The notes under the pieces are model-generated. The model was not told the origin of the DNA. It saw nothing but the letters and a program-made list of their open reading frames with translations, and did no database searches. A stretch of 64,000 nt of DNA from a virus. The position numbers and the translations under genes are program-made. Location: IMG/VR virus record IMGVR_UViG_3300030090_005562, positions 84,762 through 148,761 of that record, one strand, 5' to 3'. This document shows positions 35,358-45,780 of this stretch, in pieces; position 1 is the first letter of the stretch; every line of letters begins with the position of its first letter.

Positions 35358-37604
35358 ATGAAAATCGCACAGGATTACGGTAAGACTAGGACAAGTGGGG
35401 CAGTAGTAAAGGGTTCGTTCACTATGGACGAATCACCAGAGGCGTTCGAGATTCTTTCGGACGGTCTTTATCCAAACAAAATCAAAGCGGTTGTGCGTGA
35501 GTTATCCACAAACGCTGTAGAGTCTCATATCACCAGACATAAACAGCTTACTGGTGAGGAAATTACAAAAGAGGTCATCGACTCTCTGCCACAGTTTGAG
35601 ATTCATCTTCCGACGACTATGGAACCTCATTTCTCTATACGAGATTTTGGTACGGGTCTTAGTCACGATGACATTATGAATATGTACACAACGTATTTTC
35701 GTTCTACCAAACGAGATACGAATGATGTTGGAGGATGCTTGGGTCTAGGTTCCAAGTCTCCCTTTGCATACTCAGATAACTTCAGCGTAGTCAGCGTTCA
35801 CAAGGGGCGCAAGACCTGTTACAATCTGACGATTGACAATGGGTATCCCACTCCATCGTTTTTCGCCAACGAAGATGGTAGTCCGGTATCTGAGGAAACA
35901 AGCGAACCAGATGGTCTGCTCATTACCATACCATGCAAGTCCTCTGACGAGTATGAATGGGAGAATGAGGCACAGATAATCTACAAATACTTCCGTATCA
36001 AGCCGAAGTTTATCGGTAAGCAAGTACATATTCATTCTCCAGAATATATTGTAGAAGGTAATGGTTGGGGTATTCGAGAGCGTGACCACAAGGGACCGCG
36101 AGCTATCATGGGTAGCATCGCATACCCCATCAGTCGTACCTCGATTAAATGTTGGGATGATACGGACAAAAAAGATTCTAGCCTTGAGTCTATACTGCGA
36201 GCAGACATTGACTTGTACTTTCCACTTGGAGTATTAAAGATTACTCCCAGTCGTGAGGCACTTGGCTACAAACCGTCTACCCAGAAGAACATCAAGGCTA
36301 AGTTGACCTCTGTGTATGACGAATTAAGAGAGCAGGTGAGTACGTCTTTCGATGAGTGTCAGAGTCTATGGCAGACTCGTTGCCTCGCCAATGAGTTATT
36401 CTATATGGGTAATGCCGCACTACGTTCTGTAGACAACGTGTTCGATGTTGCTGCTGTTAAATGGAATGGTAAAGAGATTGGTGGGCGTGACGTTAATCTG
36501 AGAGATTTCCGTGGCTCAGTACACAGGTTTTACCTTAAATCCTACTATAGTCAGGAGGATAAGTGTCACCACCAGAGGGACTTCACATACCTCATGGCAA
36601 ATCCAGAGATTACATTCATCGAGGCAGATTTGAATGTGGGTAACTTTGCCAGGGCGAGACATGCCGTAAAGTCTGGAAAATATACAGAGGCAGTTGTTCT
36701 GGAATATAATGCCGGTAACGGCAGACGAAAGGCTTTATTAGACAAGATAGGGATTCTAGAGTCTGACATTGTGAAAGCCTCTGAGCTTGAGCGTCCACCG
36801 AAACGTGCGAAGAACAGCGGTGGAGGATTCAGTTCTGGTAAGACTGGTCAACTGTTCAAGATGACTCCAAGGCTCGGTGGTCACAACAAGAATGACTACT
36901 GGCAAGAAGAAACTGTAGACCTAAGCGAGGGCGGCATATATGTTGAAATGACAAGATGGGATGCCAAGGACGATACCGGCGACCTTATTGAGCCATCGGA
37001 TGTAGCAGAAGGTATAATCAAACTCCAAAAGTGTACCGGCAAAAAGGTCAAGGTCTATGGTTGTCGTAGCCAAATGGCAAAAGAGTTTGTCGAGGCAGAT
37101 AACTGGGAGGACTGGTGGACATACTCTCAGCGTGAAGGCGAGGCAGTCTTTAAGACTAAAAATGCCAAACACGCTCAGATTGCATCAATAATTAGCGAAC
37201 TTGGCGAAGAACAACTGCTCAGAGACTTGCTTGAGAATGTAAGTCTTAACAGAAGGGTTCCTAGCCCAATGGTTGATTTGCTCAAGGATTTCAAAAAGAT
37301 GGACGAGTCAAACGAGATTCTTGAGAAGCAGGGTGTGTCTTGGGGTGCTATCGTAGGTCTATCTGTGATTCTGAACATCAAGATGCCGTCCGTACCTGAG
37401 AGAATGAACCTCAAGTCTAGGTGCGAGGCTATCCTGCAAGAATACCCGATGGTGGTCGCGGCGTATGAGTCTGCCGGTCGATATTACTACGGACAAGGCT
37501 GGAAGAAGAATTTTCTGAGCAGCACAAACTGCAAGAAGATGATGGGTGACTATGTTAAGCTGGTTGACGACAATCGAGAATGTCAGAAGGGCTTGACAAA
37601 GTAG
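35358..37604 (+). CDS. rIIA: rIIA-like protein (GHKL ATPase)
   Basis: LSDGLYPNKIKAVVRELSTNA, IRDFGTGL, STK...GCLGLGSKSPFAY, ITPSREAL. Confidence 0.92.
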   Translation: MKIAQDYGKTRTSGAVVKGSFTMDESPEAFEILSDGLYPNKIKAVVRELSTNAVESHITRHKQLTGEEITKEVIDSLPQFEIHLPTTMEPHFSIRDFGTGLSHDDIMNMYTTYFRSTKRDTNDVGGCLGLGSKSPFAYSDNFSVVSVHKGRKTCYNLTIDNGYPTPSFFANEDGSPVSEETSEPDGLLITIPCKSSDEYEWENEAQIIYKYFRIKPKFIGKQVHIHSPEYIVEGNGWGIRERDHKGPRAIMGSIAYPISRTSIKCWDDTDKKDSSLESILRADIDLYFPLGVLKITPSREALGYKPSTQKNIKAKLTSVYDELREQVSTSFDECQSLWQTRCLANELFYMGNAALRSVDNVFDVAAVKWNGKEIGGRDVNLRDFRGSVHRFYLKSYYSQEDKCHHQRDFTYLMANPEITFIEADLNVGNFARARHAVKSGKYTEAVVLEYNAGNGRRKALLDKIGILESDIVKASELERPPKRAKNSGGGFSSGKTGQLFKMTPRLGGHNKNDYWQEETVDLSEGGIYVEMTRWDAKDDTGDLIEPSDVAEGIIKLQKCTGKKVKVYGCRSQMAKEFVEADNWEDWWTYSQREGEAVFKTKNAKHAQIASIISELGEEQLLRDLLENVSLNRRVPSPMVDLLKDFKKMDESNEILEKQGVSWGAIVGLSVILNIKMPSVPERMNLKSRCEAILQEYPMVVAAYESAGRYYYGQGWKKNFLSSTNCKKMMGDYVKLVDDNRECQKGLTK

Positions 37605-37668
37605 AGTAGTCTAGTATAATATAGAGTTAGTAAAGTATTAACAGTTTTTTATGAGGGAGATTTAGGAT

Positions 37669-38520
37669 ATGTTGAATTACATTTGTTCAGCGAACGGAAA
37701 CATCACCATCTCGTTTGATGGTCAAGTCAAGTGTGTAGCGAATGACCATGCGAATTATCGCAAGGTAGTCGAGGCACTCAAGAAGAATGATAAGGAGGCT
37801 CTTGGCGAGGCTCTGAACATTCAGAAGGCAGTCTCACAGTACATCGGGTCTAGCGATGTTGAAGTCAAGGATGGGTGCGTCTTTTATCGAGGCGAACAAG
37901 TCAGAGGCTACATCGTGGACCGGATTCTCGCTCAGATGCGAGCAGGGTTCGGATACGAACCAATGTGTGCGTTTCTTGAGAATATGTACGACAATCCTTC
38001 ACCGGCATCGGTGGAGCAGTTGTTCAAGTTTCTTGAGGACAACGGACTTGTTCTCACAGATGATGGATGTTTCCTCGCCTATAAATATGTAGATAAGGGC
38101 GAAGATGGAAAGTTCTATGCTAATTGGGCAAATAAGGATGGCACTCACAACGAGTCCGGTCCTGGCTCAGTGGTTCGTATGCCAAGGTCTGAGGTTGAGC
38201 ATGACCCTTCAAAGAGTTGCGCCCCTGGACTTCACGTTGGCAGCATGGAGTATGTCCAGCACAGTCAATGGGTGATGACCTGCAAGGTCAATCCCAAGCA
38301 TGTGGTCAGCGTTCCCGACCATGAGTCTGGCAAGATGCGTACTTGTCAGTATGAGGTAATCGAGGTCAACGAGAATAAAGAGGCCAAACAAGGTCTTATC
38401 TACTCAAATGACCTTGGACGTAGCGAACACGCACCCGATGTTGATTACGAAACTAATGACCATTGGGATTATGATGGTGACGATTACGATGGATTCTGGG
38501 ACGACGAGTACGACTACTAA
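37669..38520 (+). CDS. rIIB: rIIB-like protein
   Basis: NPS, LTDDGCFLAYK, MPRSEV...CAPGLH, VNPKHVVSVP, KMRTCQY; follows rIIA. Confidence 0.92.
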   Translation: MLNYICSANGNITISFDGQVKCVANDHANYRKVVEALKKNDKEALGEALNIQKAVSQYIGSSDVEVKDGCVFYRGEQVRGYIVDRILAQMRAGFGYEPMCAFLENMYDNPSPASVEQLFKFLEDNGLVLTDDGCFLAYKYVDKGEDGKFYANWANKDGTHNESGPGSVVRMPRSEVEHDPSKSCAPGLHVGSMEYVQHSQWVMTCKVNPKHVVSVPDHESGKMRTCQYEVIEVNENKEAKQGLIYSNDLGRSEHAPDVDYETNDHWDYDGDDYDGFWDDEYDY

Positions 38521-38541
38521 ACAAATCTCTCCCTCTGGGTT

Positions 38542-38582
38542 GGGGGTGGGCTTGATAACACCCGCCCCCTTCCCTATTTTTA
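38542..38582 (+). terminator. Intrinsic terminator
   Basis: GGGGGTGGG...CCCGCCCCC then T-rich tract. Confidence 0.65.
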
Positions 38583-38595
38583 TAAGGAAACAGCT

Positions 38596-38961
38596 ATGCC
38601 AAGACCAATAAAAAAACATAAATACTATGTCAAGTGCGGTCAATTAGAGAAGTGGGTGATTGCATACGACGAGATAAACGCAGCGGTAGTCACGCTGATG
38701 AACGCGCCTGGGGAAACTATGCTTGACCCATACTACTTCTTTGTTAGCAAAAACTACCATGCGAATGTCGAGGACAGATACTTCCAAGACAATCCGATGA
38801 AGAAAGAAGATTTGAAAGACGTACATATTGTGCAGACAGACGATGTTCTTGAGATGTGCAATATGATTACTGAGGAAGCTGACGAGTTCTATCTGAAAGA
38901 TATGAACAACGAGGACGATGATAACGGTTGGGCCGATGATAGGTCTAACGAAGAATTTTAA
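38596..38961 (+). CDS. Hypothetical protein
   Basis: 121 aa with acidic tail. Confidence 0.65.
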   Translation: MPRPIKKHKYYVKCGQLEKWVIAYDEINAAVVTLMNAPGETMLDPYYFFVSKNYHANVEDRYFQDNPMKKEDLKDVHIVQTDDVLEMCNMITEEADEFYLKDMNNEDDDNGWADDRSNEEF

Positions 38962-38977
38962 CCAAGGAAGGATGAAT

Positions 38978-39313
38978 ATGAAACGTATTCTGCTTATTAT
39001 GTCTCTGGCGATTGCAGGTCTGGCGTTTAGCCAAACCGCACAAGCGTTCGGAGGCAGAGAAGTGGAGGTTACTAAAGAATACATCGTAGACCAATGCGGT
39101 TACGTTGTAGGTCGCAAGGTGACAAGGGTTGTGACAGTGGCAAGGCCGCGACCGTTACGCTCTGTGTGCGAGTGTGTTGAAGGTGCAGTCGAATATGTCT
39201 GCCGACCACTGGTACGTTGCTGCGAGAGGACAAAGACAGTTGTAGTCGAAAAGAGTTGTTGTCAGCCCCCTCGACGACAAGTCTGGCGAGCCTGCGATTG
39301 TGGATGCAAGTAA
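38978..39313 (+). CDS. Cys/Arg-rich secreted protein
   Basis: Signal peptide ending AQA; CECV, RCC, SCC, CDCGC. Confidence 0.7.
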   Translation: MKRILLIMSLAIAGLAFSQTAQAFGGREVEVTKEYIVDQCGYVVGRKVTRVVTVARPRPLRSVCECVEGAVEYVCRPLVRCCERTKTVVVEKSCCQPPRRQVWRACDCGCK

Positions 39314-39326
39314 TCTTTACTTATTC

Positions 39327-39360
39327 GGGAGAGTGTGCTTCATGCGCCTCTCCCTTTTTT
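39327..39360 (+). terminator. Intrinsic terminator
   Basis: GGGAGAG...CTCTCCC then T6. Confidence 0.75.
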
Positions 39361-39377
39361 ATTAAGAAAGGAATCTT

Positions 39378-39884
39378 ATGAATTTTTTATTTGACATAAT
39401 AGGTTTAATCTGCGTATACTTAATTGCGACACTTGGAGACTCGACATTACCAGAGCCTGTAACAAAAAAGATATTAACAATCAAGGACAACTTGACGATT
39501 AAGAGTATGTGCGATGAGAGTAACAGGATAAGGTCAGAAGCAGGTAAACCTCGCCATGAGCTTAGTCAAGAACTATGTAGCGCAGCACAAGGACACGCAG
39601 AGTATATGGCAGAGCATGCAAATATGTCTCACTATGTTAATGGTTCTCCAAGTAGTCGGGCGAAAGATGCTGGCTGGAGTGGAGGCTTTGTTACAGAGAA
39701 TATAGCTTGCGGCCAGAGAAATGTCAAGAGTGTATTTAGTGTGTGGCGAAACTCAGGAGGTCACTATGCTAACATGACCGGAAGATATGATAGATGTGGG
39801 TTTGGGATGTCGAGGCGAGGTAATATGATTTACTGGTGTGCCGTCTATGCTAGGTCAATACCGGCACTTGACAAAAAGAAATAG
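39378..39884 (+). CDS. CAP (SCP-like) domain protein
   Basis: NRIR...AAQGHAEYMA...MSH...ENIACGQ...WRNSGGHYANM. Confidence 0.9.
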   Translation: MNFLFDIIGLICVYLIATLGDSTLPEPVTKKILTIKDNLTIKSMCDESNRIRSEAGKPRHELSQELCSAAQGHAEYMAEHANMSHYVNGSPSSRAKDAGWSGGFVTENIACGQRNVKSVFSVWRNSGGHYANMTGRYDRCGFGMSRRGNMIYWCAVYARSIPALDKKK

Positions 39885-39932
39885 TCTGGTATAATGATGG
39901 GGTCGATGAATTAGTTTTAACGGGAGAGATTT

Positions 39933-40334
39933 ATGAAAGGCAAAAAGACTTGCCCAAAGTGTCAAACGATGACGGGACCACGCACAAAGATTTGCAAGAA
40001 GTGCGGTTATCATTTTGTGTTTAAGTTCAGAGGGCGTAAGGTAAAGACGAACGAATTAAAAGACTGGAAGTCACTCAAGAGAGGCGATGTAGTCAAATCA
40101 ATTCAGGGTTATGGTCCGTACTGGATTAACGAAGATGGCGAGAGAGAGTCGCTGGGATACTACGGTCTTTTTAAAGTTAGATATGTAGAGGACGATGGAA
40201 TAGGCGCGTATCCCTACGGCACTAAGCAGAGACATGGAGGGTTTCACTTTCTCTACATGGGTAAAGAAAAGCAGTCTATAACAGGTGGAGTAAGCCGTTC
40301 ACATAAGCTGGAGATTGTTAAATGCCAAAACTAA
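39933..40334 (+). CDS. Zinc-ribbon protein
   Basis: CPKC...CKKCGYHF. Confidence 0.7.
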   Translation: MKGKKTCPKCQTMTGPRTKICKKCGYHFVFKFRGRKVKTNELKDWKSLKRGDVVKSIQGYGPYWINEDGERESLGYYGLFKVRYVEDDGIGAYPYGTKQRHGGFHFLYMGKEKQSITGGVSRSHKLEIVKCQN

Positions 40335-40822
40335 TTGAGCCTGACAAAGTACAAGTGAATCCTGTGTACGTGTGCAAATCTTGCAAGTCAAGTCATTATG
40401 AGAGTATTGACTACGTTAATAAAATAGGCAAGATATTGTGCTACTGTGGAGAAGTAATACACCTTAGACCCATATCAAGTTTTAGGGTTAAGCCTGTTTA
40501 CGTTGACGTAAGAAAGATAGAAAAGAAAAAAGACTTCATTGATATTGAAACAGAATACGAAGAAGACGACTTTTCATCAGACGAGATTGGGTTCGCAGAC
40601 GATGAGCCTGTTGCGGCACCACCTGTGACGCAAGAAAAGGACAAGCCTTTGTTTTCAGACGAAGAATTTCTTGATAGGTCAATTGATTTTCTTGTGTCTC
40701 TGGGATATAAGAAAAAAGAGGCCCGCTCAGTAATTGATAGGCGTTCAAGAGTGTTTAGTGACACTCCCATAAATGAGGATAACTTTGAAGACTTTGCAAA
40801 GTTTCTTTTATTTGAGAGGTAA
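40322..40822 (+). CDS. Zinc-ribbon protein with RuvA-C-like C-terminus
   Basis: CKSC...CYCG; FLVSLGYKKKEA. Confidence 0.6.
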   Translation: MPKLIEPDKVQVNPVYVCKSCKSSHYESIDYVNKIGKILCYCGEVIHLRPISSFRVKPVYVDVRKIEKKKDFIDIETEYEEDDFSSDEIGFADDEPVAAPPVTQEKDKPLFSDEEFLDRSIDFLVSLGYKKKEARSVIDRRSRVFSDTPINEDNFEDFAKFLLFER

Positions 40823-40940
40823 CAATGACTATAATTATGAAGATTGCTGTGTGGCTTGGCATATTAGTTGGAGCCTATCAGCTTTGGAAGGGAAGAAAAA
40901 ACCCAATTCAGTTTGAAGAAAAAACTATAAAGATAGAAAT

Positions 40941-42104
40941 ATGAACATATCACAAGATACAAAATTAGACTTCTCAGACGTTCTATTAACTCCCGCATGG
41001 TCTATCAATGCGTCTAGGTCTGACGTAAACATGGAGCGTGTATTTAATGGATTCTACCACTCAGACAAAGAGTGGAAAGGTTTGCCCATTATGATTGCAA
41101 ACATGGACACCACAGGAACATATCCTATGTGGGATGAAATCCATAAATGGGATGCGATAGTCTGCCTAGACAAAAGGTATAACATATACAGATATGCAGA
41201 CTCTCCAGGCCCACAGTTGATAGAGAGATATGTCAAGGCTAACGAGCTAATGTCCAGAACAGGTTGGATAAGCACAGGGATTACTGAGCCTGATATAAAG
41301 AGGATGGAAGAATTAAGCTATGTGTCCAATTACAGAATCCGTCCAGGCGAAGAAGTCTGCTTATCAAAGAGACCTGACCCACAAAACAGGAGGGTCCATG
41401 CTATTCAGCCGAGTATCTGCGTAGATGTTGCAAACGGTTACTCTCAGTATTTTGTAGAGAAGGTGGAGTACATACGCTCTCTATTTCCTAATTCAATAAT
41501 TATGGCTGGCAACGTAGTCACACCAGAGATGGTATTAAAACTAATTCATGCCGGTGCAGATATAGTCAAGATAGGCATAGGGCCAGGGAGTGTTTGTACC
41601 ACCAGATTAAAAACAGGCGTTGGTTATCCTCAGTTCTCTGCTATCGTCGAGTGCGCTAATGCTGCACACGGAATCAAGAATCCAGACAACGGTAGAGTAG
41701 GAAGAATATGTGCTGATGGAGGATGTACTACCACAGGAGATATTTGCAAGGCACTTGGGGCCGGAGCAGACTTTGTAATGATTGGAGGCATGGTTGCTGG
41801 AACCGACCAATGCAACGGAAAGTGGAGTACAGATATAGCTGTAGGAAAAAAAGTATTTCAGTTCTATGGGATGTCGTCTTACGAGGCCCAAGACAAATAT
41901 GATAGCAGAAAGAAACACAGAACGAGCGAAGGAAAGCTCGTAGAGATTCCAGCGAAAGGGTGCGTCAGCACTGTCATGCAAGACATAGTTGGTGGAATAA
42001 GAAGTTGTTGTGCGTACATCGGAGCCACCAGTATAAAAGATATTCATCGATGTGCAAACTTTGTTCGAGTTAATAATACACATAATAAGATTTTTGGAGG
42101 TTGA
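40941..42104 (+). CDS. guaC: GMP reductase
   Basis: KLDFSDVLL, ANMDTTGT, DVANGYS, GIGPGSVCTTR, ADGG, FYGMSS, RTSEGK. Confidence 0.93.
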   Translation: MNISQDTKLDFSDVLLTPAWSINASRSDVNMERVFNGFYHSDKEWKGLPIMIANMDTTGTYPMWDEIHKWDAIVCLDKRYNIYRYADSPGPQLIERYVKANELMSRTGWISTGITEPDIKRMEELSYVSNYRIRPGEEVCLSKRPDPQNRRVHAIQPSICVDVANGYSQYFVEKVEYIRSLFPNSIIMAGNVVTPEMVLKLIHAGADIVKIGIGPGSVCTTRLKTGVGYPQFSAIVECANAAHGIKNPDNGRVGRICADGGCTTTGDICKALGAGADFVMIGGMVAGTDQCNGKWSTDIAVGKKVFQFYGMSSYEAQDKYDSRKKHRTSEGKLVEIPAKGCVSTVMQDIVGGIRSCCAYIGATSIKDIHRCANFVRVNNTHNKIFGG

Positions 42105-42105
42105 T

Positions 42106-42465
42106 ATGGGATGTTGTGGAGGTGGCGCCGAAACTGTTACACTGGATGCTTACCAGGAGATTTCTAATCTAACGGCTATTTATCCAAACAAGGGGAGCAA
42201 TATGTCTTATCCCGCACTTGGATTGTGTGGTGAGGCAGGAGAAATAGCAAATAAAGTAAAGAAGATTTATCGTGACCATGACGGAGTTCTTACTCAGGAA
42301 TATAGAGAAATTCTTTCCGCTGAACTTGGCGATGTTCTGTGGTATGTCGCAGCCATTGCATCCGAATTGGATGTAAGCCTCGGAGAAATAGCATTAAGCA
42401 ATGTAGATAAACTAGCCGACCGTCAAGCAAGAAATAAATTAGGCGGCGATGGCGACAAACGATAG
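42106..42465 (+). CDS. MazG-like nucleoside triphosphate pyrophosphohydrolase
   Basis: LGLCGEAGEIANKVKK, ELGDVLWY, NVDKLADR. Confidence 0.9.
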   Translation: MGCCGGGAETVTLDAYQEISNLTAIYPNKGSNMSYPALGLCGEAGEIANKVKKIYRDHDGVLTQEYREILSAELGDVLWYVAAIASELDVSLGEIALSNVDKLADRQARNKLGGDGDKR

Positions 42466-42499
42466 ATTGACAAAGCAACGTATCATGCTATCATAATAT

Positions 42500-43093
42500 A
42501 TGAATAGACTATTTGGAATGAGAACCTATCTAGTCGGAGCAATGGATAGGGTTGAAGATGGCGGTGTGGAATGGAGAGAGCGACTAGAGCCTGAGTTAAA
42601 TAAATTAGGCGTGGTTGTTTTCAATCCATGCAATAAAGCTATACCCATAGCTGACGAGAGCGAGGACTCTAGGAACAGAAGGCAGAAGTATAAAAATGCT
42701 GGCGCCTATAATTCTGCCGTAGAGGAAATGAAAGAGATTAGGAATGTTGACCTGAGAATGGTTGACATATCTGATTTTATCATAGCAAACATAGACCTCG
42801 ATGTTCATGCCTGCGGAACCTATGAAGAAATAGTGACCGCAAACAGGCAGAAGAAACCTATCATAGTCAGAATGAAGCAAGGCAAGTCTCATACCCCAGA
42901 TTGGCTACTTGGAATGATGGGTTCTTCTCACAACATGATTTTCCACACTTGGGAAGAAATTGTGGACTACCTCAAAGATATAAATGAGTGTTCTGAAAAC
43001 AGTATCCGTAGTCTGAACCATCACGGTAGGTGGGTATTCTTTGACCTTCATTCTTTATATGACAAGGTGCTAAATGGTGTAGGGATAGTATGA
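42500..43093 (+). CDS. Nucleoside 2-deoxyribosyltransferase-like protein
   Basis: TYLVGAM, WRE, FNP, DLRMVDISD, GTYEEI. Confidence 0.75.
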   Translation: MNRLFGMRTYLVGAMDRVEDGGVEWRERLEPELNKLGVVVFNPCNKAIPIADESEDSRNRRQKYKNAGAYNSAVEEMKEIRNVDLRMVDISDFIIANIDLDVHACGTYEEIVTANRQKKPIIVRMKQGKSHTPDWLLGMMGSSHNMIFHTWEEIVDYLKDINECSENSIRSLNHHGRWVFFDLHSLYDKVLNGVGIV

Positions 43094-43256
43094 ACAACAA
43101 TATGGGGAGAAATAGAGGCATCCTTTCTGTTACTTCGGATGCCAAGGCTCTAATCGCTAAAATAGATAAGCTGATTGAAAAGATAGACGTAAATGGGCTA
43201 AGAATAAAGGTCGTTAAAATCTGGCCCCTAACACTTGACATTAGGATAAAAGAAAA

Positions 43257-43613
43257 ATGATTGATTTTATTACACAAAACAAAGGCTGGGTTATCGTTGC
43301 TGTAGTTCTTCTCCTGTTGTTTAATAACAGAGAAAAGCTCTCATTTCTATATACATGGCCCGCAAAGATTTTTAGCTTCCTCAAGTTTCCATCAACGAGC
43401 AGAGGTGCAAGCCCAGATGACAGAAAGGCTTTATACGATTGCTTAATTCAGCTTCAAGACTATCTGGCTATCTGTGGAGTTGAGAGAGAAAAGATGGATA
43501 GTCTAACACTCGCGGAGGTTGGCGAGCTTACCGTTAGCGCAACCACACCTCTTAAACAATCTCTAAAAGGTTCTCATCCAGACGAAAAGCTTCTTGATGG
43601 AGTTGGACTATGA
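43257..43613 (+). CDS. Membrane-anchored hypothetical protein
   Basis: N-terminal TM helix. Confidence 0.65.
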   Translation: MIDFITQNKGWVIVAVVLLLLFNNREKLSFLYTWPAKIFSFLKFPSTSRGASPDDRKALYDCLIQLQDYLAICGVEREKMDSLTLAEVGELTVSATTPLKQSLKGSHPDEKLLDGVGL

Positions 43614-43981
43614 AAAGTACACTAAATACAGTTTGTATTGTTCTTCTAGCCATACTCCTTCTGGACGCTGACTGGAACTTCAAGCTACCAACCATCACCA
43701 CACCTGATACAGTTGCAGTGATTTATGAATCTTCTGACACAATACCTCCCCCATACGTTACTGGCGCTTTGGGGAACCTGCAAGCGGATGGGTTGCAAAC
43801 TAGAATTTTTGATAAAGATGTGGTTACCGGAGCGGGTCAGGTTCCAGAGTATCTGAAAAATGCTATTGACGAAGCTACAAAGAACGGACTTCCTGCTTTG
43901 GTTGTTCTGTCTAAAGGAAATGTAATTAAGGTTCAGGATTTACCCAAAACCGAATCAGAGATTATAGAGGCAGTAAAATGA
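43610..43981 (+). CDS. Secreted thioredoxin-like-fold hypothetical protein
   Basis: Signal anchor; LPALVV...LPKT tail. Confidence 0.55.
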   Translation: MKSTLNTVCIVLLAILLLDADWNFKLPTITTPDTVAVIYESSDTIPPPYVTGALGNLQADGLQTRIFDKDVVTGAGQVPEYLKNAIDEATKNGLPALVVLSKGNVIKVQDLPKTESEIIEAVK

Positions 43982-44796
43982 TAGACCCTAAATTAGTTGA
44001 TGTTGAATTTGAGTTTGATGGCTTATCATCTGATATAAGAGAAGAGGACTTGCTTTACGCAGGAGCAAAGAGACTGCCTAGCGATTTATATATAGACAGG
44101 TCAGAATGGGACGACCGTATTCGTGAGCATGAGAAGCACAAGAGTAGCGCGGATTTCTTTAGCGGTCGTTTCACAAATCAAGCAAACAGCCATGAGTGCG
44201 TCTGTCACGCTGCACAACAAGCGTTTATGACAGCATACAACAGACAGCTAGGTGGTTTGGAGCATGATGTATGGTTTAGTCCTCTTGCTTTGTATACCAG
44301 AATAACTGGTGGCCGAAGATGGGGCGGCTCTGTGGTTATTGATTCTATGTATGAGATGATAGAGAATGGAATGATTCCTGACCATGACGGACCAGCAGGA
44401 AATAATAGCCAGAAAGATAAATTCAAACACACGCTGCATCAAACATCTGGAAGAACAGAGGACTGGTGGCCTACAAGCGGTTGGGTTCGACCTTCTGAAC
44501 TGCCTAGTGGATGGAAGGAAACAGCAAAGCATTTTCGAGCGTTGGAGGTTTACACCGTACCAAATGAAGAGGCTCATGCCAGTTGCTTATTACAGGGTTT
44601 ATGCGTAGTAAATGGTCGTAATGGTCATTCAATTCCACATATGAATTTGGTGAAAGATGATGGGCGTTATTACTCCAGATATAAGGACAGCTATAACGTA
44701 TTTAGATTTGATAGCCAAAGACTGTGGGGAGGCGGGTATGTAATCAGAAGCACAACTATGCCGAACGACCCATCAAATCCAGCAGAAAATAGTTAA
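43978..44796 (+). CDS. Papain-like cysteine peptidase candidate
   Basis: NQANSHECVCHA (Q..C), FSPLALY, GHSI, KDSY. Confidence 0.65.
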   Translation: MIDPKLVDVEFEFDGLSSDIREEDLLYAGAKRLPSDLYIDRSEWDDRIREHEKHKSSADFFSGRFTNQANSHECVCHAAQQAFMTAYNRQLGGLEHDVWFSPLALYTRITGGRRWGGSVVIDSMYEMIENGMIPDHDGPAGNNSQKDKFKHTLHQTSGRTEDWWPTSGWVRPSELPSGWKETAKHFRALEVYTVPNEEAHASCLLQGLCVVNGRNGHSIPHMNLVKDDGRYYSRYKDSYNVFRFDSQRLWGGGYVIRSTTMPNDPSNPAENS

Positions 44797-44840
44797 TTGG
44801 TGTATAAAATAGTGACACACAACTTATTTGGTGATTTAAG

Positions 44841-45044
44841 ATGAAAACTATCAATATAGCTGCGTTTTTTATACTTGGACTCACTCTTATGTCTGATGAG
44901 AAAAAGAGTGTTGACATTCCAGAAGTATGCATGCCGGTTATTGAGTCGGGAAAGGAGGTCGTAGTTGATTCGCAAGAATTAACTGCGGATATCTTTTCCA
45001 GACCAAGAAAACCCTGCCCCCCAAGCGGACCAGGAAGAAAATGA
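44841..45044 (+). CDS. Secreted hypothetical protein, possibly frameshifted (extension to 45114)
   Basis: Signal-like N-terminus; preceded by GGTGTATA. Confidence 0.5.
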   Translation: MKTINIAAFFILGLTLMSDEKKSVDIPEVCMPVIESGKEVVVDSQELTADIFSRPRKPCPPSGPGRK

Positions 45045-45098
45045 CCGTAAAGCAAGTTCAACGAGGCGGTCGCCTCCAAGAAGAAGGTTGTTTAGAAT

Positions 45099-45407
45099 AT
45101 GGCAAAGACGATAGCCGGTCTACAACTGGAAGCATCTACCAAAGGCCCCTGGCTAGCCAGGAGGTTTCCCAAAATAACCAACGCAGTTGTCTATCAATGC
45201 GTCACACACTGGTACAGTTTGAGTGCATCTGTCGGAGAGAGAATGTGGGCAGAAAGAATCATAAGACAGAGAGTACAGAAAGCTTTTCCGTTTATTTATG
45301 CTATAATAATAAAAATAATTGTTTCCTTGATTATATCTTGGATTCTAGAAAAAAGGAATTACAAGTTTAACAGGGATGTAGAAAACATTAACAGGTATTT
45401 ACAATAA
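45099..45407 (+). CDS. Membrane protein
   Basis: C-terminal TM helix. Confidence 0.55.
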   Translation: MAKTIAGLQLEASTKGPWLARRFPKITNAVVYQCVTHWYSLSASVGERMWAERIIRQRVQKAFPFIYAIIIKIIVSLIISWILEKRNYKFNRDVENINRYLQ

Positions 45408-45423
45408 AGTAAAGGAGTTTAGT

Positions 45424-45591
45424 ATGAGAAGTAATTGGCGGACTACGGTTGCGGGTCTTTGTACCGCAGCAATCGCTTGCCTCGCAGCAGGCAGAGCAAT
45501 CATTGATGGCGAGTCACCTGATTGGCCCACTACGATTGCCGCTGTAACGGCTGCGTGGGGTTTGTTGTTTGCAAAAGATGCAAAGAACTAG
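45424..45591 (+). CDS. Putative holin (55 aa, 2 TM)
   Basis: Hand-translated MRSNWRTTVAGL...AWGLLFAKDAKN; SD AAAGGAG. Confidence 0.6.
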   Translation: MRSNWRTTVAGLCTAAIACLAAGRAIIDGESPDWPTTIAAVTAAWGLLFAKDAKN

Positions 45592-45780
45592 TTTTTGTTT
45601 TACAAGAGGGAGAAAAATCATGTGGAACGAGTGTAAGGGATTTATAGCTGTAATGCTTATATTTGCCCTGGCAGCGTGTTTAATTATAATTGGCATGTTT
45701 ATAGAAAGGGAGGCTACTAATAAAGAGCTTCCTAGATTAAAGCCACAAGTGACCGTGCATCCACAACCGGAGAACAAAAA

